A stretch of 40,000 bases of DNA, from contig JAFEBO010000006.1 of the NCBI GenBank assembly GCA_018242625.1, forward strand, positions 241,132-281,131, written 5' to 3'. The notes under the pieces are model-generated. The model was given only the letters and a program-made list of their open reading frames with translations. It did not search any database and was not told the origin of the DNA. Position numbers and translations under genes: made by a program. Origin of the DNA: Planctomycetota bacterium. Its GTDB lineage: Bacteria > Planctomycetota > Phycisphaerae > Phycisphaerales > UBA1924. Positions 27,455 to 34,618 of this stretch are shown one piece after another (the first letter of the stretch is position 1; every line of letters starts with the position of its first letter).

Positions 27455-29887
27455 ATGCTGATAGAACCGGCAGATTTTGTTGGACGCTTGCAGGCCTCAA
27501 TACCACTCCAATTCGGCGCGAGACCGCCGAATCCGCGCCAGTTGGAATGTATTGAAGCACCCTTACAGGCGCCTTTGTTTATCGTCGCCGGTCCGGGAAC
27601 TGGCAAAACGACAGTGTTGGTGCTGCGGGCTCTTCGCATGGTTTTTGTGGAAGGCCTATTGCCCGAGCAGTTGCTGATTACGACCTTTACCCGAAAGGCG
27701 GCTGAAGAGTTGCGATCGCGGCTGCTCACTTGGGGAATGCAACTTCAAGAAAGTCTTGTGGCTCAGCCCCCTGCTCATTGGCAAGCTCAACACCGGGTGC
27801 GTTCAAACGCATTGGACTTGAATCGATTTGTAACTGGCACCCTTGATAGCGTTTGTGAGGACCTTCTTTCTCGAGCTCGCGAACCTGGAGAAATCACGCC
27901 AGCACTAATCGATGGATTTGTTGCGGACGCGCTTTTGTTGAGACACGCCGTCTATCCGTCTGGCGCTTATGCTGATGGTGCCATCGACCCTGATTTGGCC
28001 GCATATCTCGCCCAATTTAATTGGCAACAAGAAGCACCGACCAATGTCGGCGAATTGGTCAAACTGGTGCGGCTGGTAAGCGATCGGCTTACTCATGATT
28101 TGGCAGACGTAACACACTTTGCTGGAAGCTCCGCCCATTCCAACGCAAGACACAGGCTGGCGGATGTTCACGACCGCTATCGCCGGCATCTAGCGGCAGA
28201 ATATCGGCTGGATTTCTCCACACTTGAGCACACTTTTTTTACCAGGTTGGCGGCGGGTCGCCTGGATCGTGTACTTCACGGAATCGCTGCTGTGTTGGTA
28301 GATGAATACCAAGACACGAATCCCCTGCAAGAGCAAATCTACTTCACGCTCGCCGACCGCCTCGGTGCATCGCTCACCATCGTGGGCGACGACGATCAAT
28401 CACTCTACCGTTTTCGAGGCGCCACGGTGGAAATTTTTCGAGACTTCGTCGCGCGATGGACTGCAGCAGGGGGTGCAACACCCTCTGTCAAATTTCTCAT
28501 AGACAACTATCGCTCTACCCCAGAGATTGTTGCGTTTTTTAATGACTTTATCGAGAGCGATCCATCCTTTGCCGGTGCTCGTGTTACACCTCCCAAACCG
28601 AGAATTGTTCCACAGAGATCAAGCGTGCAGTTGCCCGTATTTGGGCTATTTCGACCGACTCGAGAGGATTTGGCGGACGCGATTTGTGGTATCGTCCGCG
28701 ATGTATTTCGCGGTAACGGTCATCGGGTGGTAGCAAATGGTCAAACCTATTTGATAGAGCGTGCCGCGTCCGGTGGAGATGTCGGCGACTCCGTGCTCCT
28801 CTCTCACTCTGTGGAGGAGTTTAAAGAGACAAGAGGGCAAACCCCGCCGGAAGCCAGACTTCCCGCGCTCCTTCGAGTACGACTTGGGCCGACCATAAAT
28901 GTTTACAACCCGCGAGGCAGATCGCTTCGCGATGTACCGGAGGTTCAACAACTCCTGGGACTCATGCTTGAGTGTATTGACCCCGATCAACCGAATGGGG
29001 CGGCGGGCGGGATCCAAGCCTCAATGAGGTTGCGTCGGGATTCACAAAGATACCTGCCAATCTGGCGTGACGCCGCAAGAGCATTGATCGCCACCAACCC
29101 CGAACCGCGATCACCCCATCGGCTTAGAGATTTTGTGGACGGCTGGCAACGACGAGTGCCGCAATCTGCAGCCGTGGGAGCTTGGCCACAGGAATGGCCT
29201 GCGCTTGATCTATTCTTTAAGCTCCTCGTGTGGCTTCCTGAATTGCGGGCGAGCCCAGAGGGGCAGGTATATTTGGAAGCGGTCGCCCGCGCAATTGCAG
29301 CTTCGGCAACGGTTTCAAATTATCGTTCGATGATCGTTTTTGGACAGACCCCCCACGGACAACAGAGCGTCAGCTCGTTCATTTCTTCGGTACTGCAGCC
29401 CCTCGCGGAATCGGCGGTGGATATTGACGAAGAGGTCATGCCGGATGTGCCCCGGTCGGCGTTTCCGATCATGACGATACACCAAGCCAAGGGCTTGGAG
29501 TTTCCACTCGTCTTTGTTGACGTTGGATCGGACTATAAAAGAGAACACCCACTGAATCGCTTTAAGCGACATCCAACTCAGCCAGATGGTGTACATAACT
29601 TAGAAGACGACCTGGCTCATTGCACCCCCGTCGGCGCTTCTCGCACCAGCCGCGACGGAATTACTCGCGCGTTTGACGACCTGCGAAGACTTTATTACGT
29701 GGCATACAGCAGGCCGGAGACGGTGTTAATTCTCGTTGGGCTGAACAAGTGTCTGGAAGTCGCCCGACCGCTCCCGCATGTTGCGACTTGGTACCGGCAG
29801 GATGGCTCCTGGGCGTGGCTTTTGCAGCCACCTGGTCAACGCAGGCGACCCGCGATGCCCAATTCACTCCCACTCACATTGATATAG
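27455..29887 (+). CDS. UvrD/PcrA-type SF1 DNA helicase
   Basis: ORF 27416..29887 has a TTG at 27416, but an ATG at 27455 follows GAGGTGG. The SF1 motifs are: I AGPGTGKTT, Ia TFTRKAAEEL, II VLVDEYQDTNPLQ, III TIVGDDDQSLYRFRGA, IV NYRSTPEIV, V TIHQAKGLEFPLVFV, VI RRLYYVAYSRPETVLIL. Confidence 0.92.
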   Translation: MLIEPADFVGRLQASIPLQFGARPPNPRQLECIEAPLQAPLFIVAGPGTGKTTVLVLRALRMVFVEGLLPEQLLITTFTRKAAEELRSRLLTWGMQLQESLVAQPPAHWQAQHRVRSNALDLNRFVTGTLDSVCEDLLSRAREPGEITPALIDGFVADALLLRHAVYPSGAYADGAIDPDLAAYLAQFNWQQEAPTNVGELVKLVRLVSDRLTHDLADVTHFAGSSAHSNARHRLADVHDRYRRHLAAEYRLDFSTLEHTFFTRLAAGRLDRVLHGIAAVLVDEYQDTNPLQEQIYFTLADRLGASLTIVGDDDQSLYRFRGATVEIFRDFVARWTAAGGATPSVKFLIDNYRSTPEIVAFFNDFIESDPSFAGARVTPPKPRIVPQRSSVQLPVFGLFRPTREDLADAICGIVRDVFRGNGHRVVANGQTYLIERAASGGDVGDSVLLSHSVEEFKETRGQTPPEARLPALLRVRLGPTINVYNPRGRSLRDVPEVQQLLGLMLECIDPDQPNGAAGGIQASMRLRRDSQRYLPIWRDAARALIATNPEPRSPHRLRDFVDGWQRRVPQSAAVGAWPQEWPALDLFFKLLVWLPELRASPEGQVYLEAVARAIAASATVSNYRSMIVFGQTPHGQQSVSSFISSVLQPLAESAVDIDEEVMPDVPRSAFPIMTIHQAKGLEFPLVFVDVGSDYKREHPLNRFKRHPTQPDGVHNLEDDLAHCTPVGASRTSRDGITRAFDDLRRLYYVAYSRPETVLILVGLNKCLEVARPLPHVATWYRQDGSWAWLLQPPGQRRRPAMPNSLPLTLI

Positions 29888-29895
29888 GGAATTCC

Positions 29896-31077
29896 ATGCC
29901 CATCGGAAATCGACGATTGCCATTGGTCCTGCCCCGCTACAGCTTGACGGGCGATCTTCTTTCTTTTCGGCGTTGCCCCCTTCAATACCGGTATTTGAAC
30001 GGAAGCAAGCTCCCGCCTTCCAGGCCCGTTCAGCTCTGGTTTGGCGAGTTTATTCATGGCGTTCTTGAGATGTCGTATCGCATCTGGCGGGATACTACTC
30101 CCAGGCTCTCTTTTCCTTGGCCTGAACATCGAGCGGACTGGCGCGCAGAGCCCGATCCAACATGGGCAACACATGATATTGGGCGGATTGGCTATTCAGT
30201 CGAACAGGCATTGCGAGCACAAGGAAAGAGTTCCCGCGATAGGGACGCTCGTGAAGCGGCTTATCGACGAGCGTTTAGGGCGGTGAACGACATCGGGCCG
30301 CATCTTTTTCCACTCGTAGTTGCGGCAGAGGAAAAAATCATTGGTACGAGGCTGGTTGGCGGCGGACCAACTCAGGGTCGTACCGACCGATACGAATTGC
30401 ACGGCATTGTTGACGTGCTTACAAGTCTCACCCTTGGGATGGTGGATCGTTCAAATCTCATCCGCACGGCGATACAAGATGTTACGTCCGGGCTCAACGG
30501 CAATTACGAGGTCATCGTCGACTATAAGGGTGCGCGGCGGCCCGACTTGGCGGATCCAGATCGACCATATTGGCAACAGGGCGAATGGCAGGTGCTTACC
30601 TACGCATGGCTGCGCGGGCGTCAACCCGGTGCAATTCCTGTTGCTGCGGGCGTTCTGCTTTACATTAACGAACTCTCTCCGGGCCAGGACGATATCGCGG
30701 CAATGAAGCGGGCGCTTAGTTCCAACAATTCAGACGTGCTTCCAGCGCAAGGAACTGCGGATTGGTATGCACTGACAAACTGGAGACCTGGACTTCAAAT
30801 CCCCGCGCTAACGGACGAGTTTCGATTCAAACGAACCATTCGCGTTGTTCCTGTAGACCAGAGTCGGGTTAATGCTGCGCTGTCTGCATTTGACTCTGTT
30901 GTGAACGAGATTGAGCAGTGCGTCACTAGCGAACTGGTCGCGGGTACGATCGAACGACAATGGTCGCCGTGTGGGGACGAAGAAACCTGTAACGCATGCG
31001 ACTGTCGGTATTTTTGCCCTCATCCGGCTCCTCGCGGCCCTTCCTTGCGTCCCGTGGAGGCTCCGCATGCGCCTTAG
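29896..31077 (+). CDS. Cas4/AddB-like PD-(D/E)xK nuclease with C-terminal Fe-S cysteine cluster
   Basis: It lies inside ORF 29749..31077. The ATG at 29896 sits 8 nt after the helicase stop and follows AGGGA. The motifs are an N-terminal Cys (SFRRCPLQYRY), FGEFIHGVLE, GIVDVL, VIVDYKG (D-x-K), QVLTYAWL (QxxxY) and a C-terminal CNACDCRYFC (C-x2-C-x5-C). Confidence 0.85.
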   Translation: MPIGNRRLPLVLPRYSLTGDLLSFRRCPLQYRYLNGSKLPPSRPVQLWFGEFIHGVLEMSYRIWRDTTPRLSFPWPEHRADWRAEPDPTWATHDIGRIGYSVEQALRAQGKSSRDRDAREAAYRRAFRAVNDIGPHLFPLVVAAEEKIIGTRLVGGGPTQGRTDRYELHGIVDVLTSLTLGMVDRSNLIRTAIQDVTSGLNGNYEVIVDYKGARRPDLADPDRPYWQQGEWQVLTYAWLRGRQPGAIPVAAGVLLYINELSPGQDDIAAMKRALSSNNSDVLPAQGTADWYALTNWRPGLQIPALTDEFRFKRTIRVVPVDQSRVNAALSAFDSVVNEIEQCVTSELVAGTIERQWSPCGDEETCNACDCRYFCPHPAPRGPSLRPVEAPHAP

Positions 31078-31102
31078 TTCGTCCATCTTCTAATGCGCGA
31101 CG

Positions 31103-31492
31103 CTATGAACTGGTCTCTTGGTCTTCTCCCCGATAGATGCAGCCGCATTTGGAGGTTTCAAAAAGCTCGAGCTTGCAGAGTCCGGGCATCGACGGCTTCA
31201 GTCGCGACCAAATCCAGCGAGCGATGACCTCGGCTGTCGGCACAGCTAGGCCTTCTATTTCGTTTAAATACTGATGATCCAGTTGGTCCACCACGGGGTC
31301 CACGTTGCGTCGAATCTCTGCAAAATCCATCACCCAGCCTGTGCTGCAATTGATTTGGCCACGGACGTGAACAACGAGTCGGTACGAGTGTCCGTGCAAC
31401 CGCGCGCACTTGTGTTCGGGCGGCACATTTGAAAGTCGATGTGCGGCTTCAAACCGAAACTCTCGAAATACAACCATGCCTCCATTGTACAT
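31103..31492 (-). CDS. queD: 6-carboxy-5,6,7,8-tetrahydropterin synthase (low-GC, island-borne second copy)
   Basis: ORF 31103..31534. The start is ambiguous: ATG at 31492 (MYNGGMVVF) or 31477 (MVVFREF). QueD hallmarks are FEAAHRL, HKCARLHGHSY, GWVMDF, LDHQYLNE. By hand ungapped alignment, 72 of 117 positions are identical to the copy at 23474-23830. Confidence 0.88.
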   Translation of the reverse strand: MYNGGMVVFREFRFEAAHRLSNVPPEHKCARLHGHSYRLVVHVRGQINCSTGWVMDFAEIRRNVDPVVDQLDHQYLNEIEGLAVPTAEVIARWIWSRLKPSMPGLCKLELFETSKCGCIYRGEDQETSS

Positions 31493-31553
31493 CCGCATGT
31501 TCTGCAACTTTTTCCGGGCCCTTTTCCAACGCACTCCCTGCTCGCAACCAGCG

Positions 31554-32162
31554 TCATCTGGTCGCGGCCAGAATCCTTATCCTCTCCCGCGGCAATCGCG
31601 CCGCCCCCACAAACGTCACCTCCTGCACCTCCGCCGCCGAAAACTCGCACGCCCCCGGCGGCAGGAACGTCCCGGCCCCCCTCGGCGATTTTCTGCCACC
31701 GCTGCACCTCGGCGCCCCGGAATTGAACCGGCAGAACTGCACGCCCGGATTCAGAGCCAACATCGCCTCGGTCTCCACCACCAACACCTTGCAGTCTTCC
31801 CCCGCATAACGCGCAAAGTGGTTGCGCCCCGCCACGATCGGCCCGCGCTCGTCTCCCGGCCAGAAGAACACTCTTTCATTGAGCAACTCAATCACGTCTT
31901 CGAAGCTCGTCCCCGGCTCCATCTCCATATTGCCGGCATGAAGCGGCGCCTGATCGCGCACATGCACCACCCGCTCACCGATCCGCAGCGTCAGGTGTTG
32001 CTTGCGCTTTTGTCGTAAGTAGGAAGTGTCCGCCGCCCGCTCCATCAGCACGCGCGCAGACTCTAGCAGTCCACCCTCCAGAATCGCGTCAACATTTGCC
32101 GCCGCCGTCAAATGAAAAAGCCGCGGCCGCCGCACTGCAAATTGCCAAAGGTCGATTCCCAT
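31554..32162 (-). CDS. hypothetical protein, possible DarT-like (DUF4433-like) ADP-ribosyltransferase fold
   Basis: 202 aa, with GAGAAGG upstream of the ATG. LFHLTAAANVDAILEGGLL, then LRQKRK, FFWPG, FCRFNSGAP and a late AAEVQEVTF parallel the H-x-T / R / N / E-containing segments of DarT as I recall them. This is weak, by-eye similarity only. Confidence 0.55.
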   Translation of the reverse strand: MGIDLWQFAVRRPRLFHLTAAANVDAILEGGLLESARVLMERAADTSYLRQKRKQHLTLRIGERVVHVRDQAPLHAGNMEMEPGTSFEDVIELLNERVFFWPGDERGPIVAGRNHFARYAGEDCKVLVVETEAMLALNPGVQFCRFNSGAPRCSGGRKSPRGAGTFLPPGACEFSAAEVQEVTFVGAARLPRERIRILAATR

Positions 32163-32216
32163 CCCGCCTTCTCTCCCCGCCTACACGAGTGCCAGCGTAT
32201 TGCAATTCAAAGATCA

Positions 32217-32513
32217 CTACACCGCCGCCCGACCCACACGCAGCGGCAACTCCAACTTCACCCGCCCCCAAAACCGCCGCGGCAGCCAAACGCCCGCAAA
32301 CGTTCGCACTCCCCACATCACCCACTGCCACCTCCCCACCGCATGCTCCACAAACCCCACCAGCCGCGGCGGCACAAACACATCACGCCATAAAAACTCC
32401 AGCCCGCACTCCGAGCACCGCCCCTCCACCGGACACGATTCCCTCCACGCCCCCACAGCGCCCGCCTGGTCATACCCACACCGCGGACATGCCAGCCTCG
32501 CCTCACCACTCAT
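32217..32513 (-). CDS. small zinc-ribbon protein (CPxCG...CxECG)
   Basis: 98 aa. CPRCGYDQ...CSECGLEF has two Cys pairs followed by a Trp-rich hydrophobic stretch. Coding status is uncertain, and it may be a truncated member of a longer family. Confidence 0.4.
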   Translation of the reverse strand: MSGEARLACPRCGYDQAGAVGAWRESCPVEGRCSECGLEFLWRDVFVPPRLVGFVEHAVGRWQWVMWGVRTFAGVWLPRRFWGRVKLELPLRVGRAAV

Positions 32514-32698
32514 AAAAGTTCCTCACCCCTCCACTCTCTCATATTCCCCCCGCTCTCACCTCTGCCACCCCCTGCTATTCTGCCAACCCACACCCCCCGC
32601 GCCTTCTCCCCCATCAAGCCCTCTGAAAATTTGACGCTTTGGCCCTTTCCCCGACTCTTCTCCCCATTTGGCGCTTTAGAAATTTGGCCCTTTCCCCC

Positions 32699-33847
32699 AT
32701 GCCCACCCCCATCTCCATCCGCAACATCACCAAAGAGTTCCCCTCACTAGGTGGGGGCGGCCCAGCCACCACGCGCGCCGTCGACAACATCTCCCTCGAA
32801 ATCAACACCGGCGAACTCTTCTTCCTCCTCGGGCCCTCCGGGTGCGGCAAGACCACACTCCTCCGAATGATCGCCGGATTCATCGACCCCTCACACGGCC
32901 AGATCCTCTTCGGCTCCCGCGATGTCACCCACCTGCCGCCCAACCAGCGAAACACCGGCATGGTCTTCCAGTCCTACGCCCTCTGGCCTCACATGACCAT
33001 CGAGGCCAACGTCGCCTTCGGCCTCGACGTGCGAAAGACCCCAGCAAATGAGGCCAAAACACGCATCCACGACGCGCTCGCCGCCGTCCGCATGGACCAG
33101 TACGCAAAGCGAAAACCCAACCAGCTCTCCGGCGGCCAGCAGCAACGCGTCGCCCTCGCCCGCGCACTGGTCATCCGCCCAGATGTCCTCCTCCTCGACG
33201 AACCCCTCTCAAACCTCGACGCAAAACTCCGCCTCGAGCTCCGCTCCGAAATCCGACGCATCTGCAAAGAGAGCGGCATAACCACCGTCTACGTCACCCA
33301 CGATCAGAAAGAAGCCCTGAGCATGGCCGACCGCGTCGCCATCCTCCGCGCCGGCAAACTCGAACAGCTCGGCGCACCCGCCGACCTCTATAAACGCCCC
33401 CACTCCCGCTTCGTCGCCGAATTCCTCGGCGAAACCAACATCCTCGAAGGCACCGTCCTCTCGCTCAGCTCCCGCCCCGACCCTTCCAGGAAAAACGCCT
33501 CCCTCACCACCGCCACCATCCAGACCCAGGCCGGCGATCTCACCGGCCTCATCCCCGAAGGCGTCTCCCCCCCAGCCCCCGGCACCCAAGCCCTCATCTC
33601 CATCCGCCCAGAATCCATCTGCCTCGGCAACCTCGCCAACTCAGAAACCCCCCACCGCGGCAAGGTCTCCTCCGCCCTCTACTTAGGCGAAGTCGAACAA
33701 GGCCACATCCAAGTAAAGTCCTATAACTTCAAGTTCCTGCGCATCGCATCCCTCGCCAACCCCCTCGCCGCAGGCAGCGAAGACCACCAGGTCCACTTCA
33801 CCGACGCCGTCGTCCTCCCCCTCACCGACGCCCAGTCCGGCACCTGA
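32699..33847 (+). CDS. ABC transporter ATP-binding protein (PotA/FbpC-like importer ATPase with C-terminal TOBE-like domain)
   Basis: It lies inside ORF 32639..33847, with an ATG at 32699 (MPTPISIRNITKEF). It has Walker A GPSGCGKTT, Q-loop, signature LSGGQQQRVALARAL, Walker B LLLDEPLSNLD, and an H-loop in VTHDQ. No permease or binding-protein gene is adjacent. Confidence 0.9.
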   Translation: MPTPISIRNITKEFPSLGGGGPATTRAVDNISLEINTGELFFLLGPSGCGKTTLLRMIAGFIDPSHGQILFGSRDVTHLPPNQRNTGMVFQSYALWPHMTIEANVAFGLDVRKTPANEAKTRIHDALAAVRMDQYAKRKPNQLSGGQQQRVALARALVIRPDVLLLDEPLSNLDAKLRLELRSEIRRICKESGITTVYVTHDQKEALSMADRVAILRAGKLEQLGAPADLYKRPHSRFVAEFLGETNILEGTVLSLSSRPDPSRKNASLTTATIQTQAGDLTGLIPEGVSPPAPGTQALISIRPESICLGNLANSETPHRGKVSSALYLGEVEQGHIQVKSYNFKFLRIASLANPLAAGSEDHQVHFTDAVVLPLTDAQSGT

Positions 33848-33975
33848 CCCCAGCGCCGCACCCCGCGTCACCCTCACTCCAAACCGCCCCCCCTCCCCCC
33901 GCGCGCAAAGCCACCCGCGCCAAAGCTCCCTCACGCCCCCACTCACCCCATCCCAATCAACGTCCTATAATAGCA

Positions 33976-34422
33976 TCACCCCCGCGTTGATTTGAACTTC
34001 AACGTCCGATTGATCGGATGTTCTCCCAGATACACCCCCACCTGCTTCATCATCGCCTTCGGCAGCACCCGCACCTTCCCCGCCTGCCCCCACTCCATCC
34101 ATCGAAACTCTAGGTGCTTCTCCCGCGCCTTGATCCGCTCCGGCGCGCGCACTTCAAACACAAACGAGTACTCATGCCGCGACTTCCCCTTCTGCACGAA
34201 CCTGTTCTCATGCACCAGGACTAGCCGCCCCACCCCCACCGCCTTCCCCGTCTCCTCCAAAAACTCCCGCCTAAGCGCCCTCTCCGCCGACTCCCCCGGC
34301 TCCACATGCCCCCCCGGCAAATACCAATAGTCCGCCCCCCTGTTCCGACACAACAAAATCTGCCCCTCCCGCAGACAAATCCCCCTTGCCAACACCTCAA
34401 TTTCTTTCACTCGCTTCGCCAT
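33976..34422 (-). CDS. NUDIX hydrolase
   Basis: 148 aa. The Nudix box GGHVEPGESAERALRREFLEETG fits GX5EX7REUXEEXGU. Confidence 0.9.
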   Translation of the reverse strand: MAKRVKEIEVLARGICLREGQILLCRNRGADYWYLPGGHVEPGESAERALRREFLEETGKAVGVGRLVLVHENRFVQKGKSRHEYSFVFEVRAPERIKAREKHLEFRWMEWGQAGKVRVLPKAMMKQVGVYLGEHPINRTLKFKSTRG

Positions 34423-34472
34423 CCCCCCAGCCTAGCGACCCCACCAAAATCTTCAACCCACCCCACCCCGGG

Positions 34473-34500
34473 TCCACCCCAATCCACCCCAATCCACCCA
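34473..34500. repeat. 10-nt tandem repeat TCCACCCCAA, about 2.7 units
   Basis: TCCACCCCAA TCCACCCCAA TCCACCCA read directly, in the divergent Nudix/parB intergenic region. Confidence 0.85.
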
Positions 34501-34516
34501 CCCCCCACCCACAAAC

Positions 34517-34532
34517 TGTTCCGCGCGGAACA
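34517..34532. promoter_or_regulatory. parS-like perfect 16-bp palindrome
   Basis: TGTTCCGCGCGGAACA is a perfect palindrome. It matches the canonical parS TGTTTCACGTGAAACA at 12 of 16 positions, and all four differences are symmetric. It lies 87 nt upstream of the parB ATG. Confidence 0.55.
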
Positions 34533-34618
34533 TGGCGGAATTCACTTCCTGGATGTCTTTGGTACGATCATGCCCCATGTTCCTCGAGGAACATGGGGGA
34601 GCAGTCAAGGAGGATGCC

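Noticed and set aside
24610-31553. Calling the island a mobile element (integrative element or prophage remnant)
   Set aside because: I could find no integrase, transposase, tRNA target, flanking direct repeats or phage structural genes in the window. Only the compositional shift and the duplicated queD suggest horizontal origin, so I did not annotate it as mobile_element.
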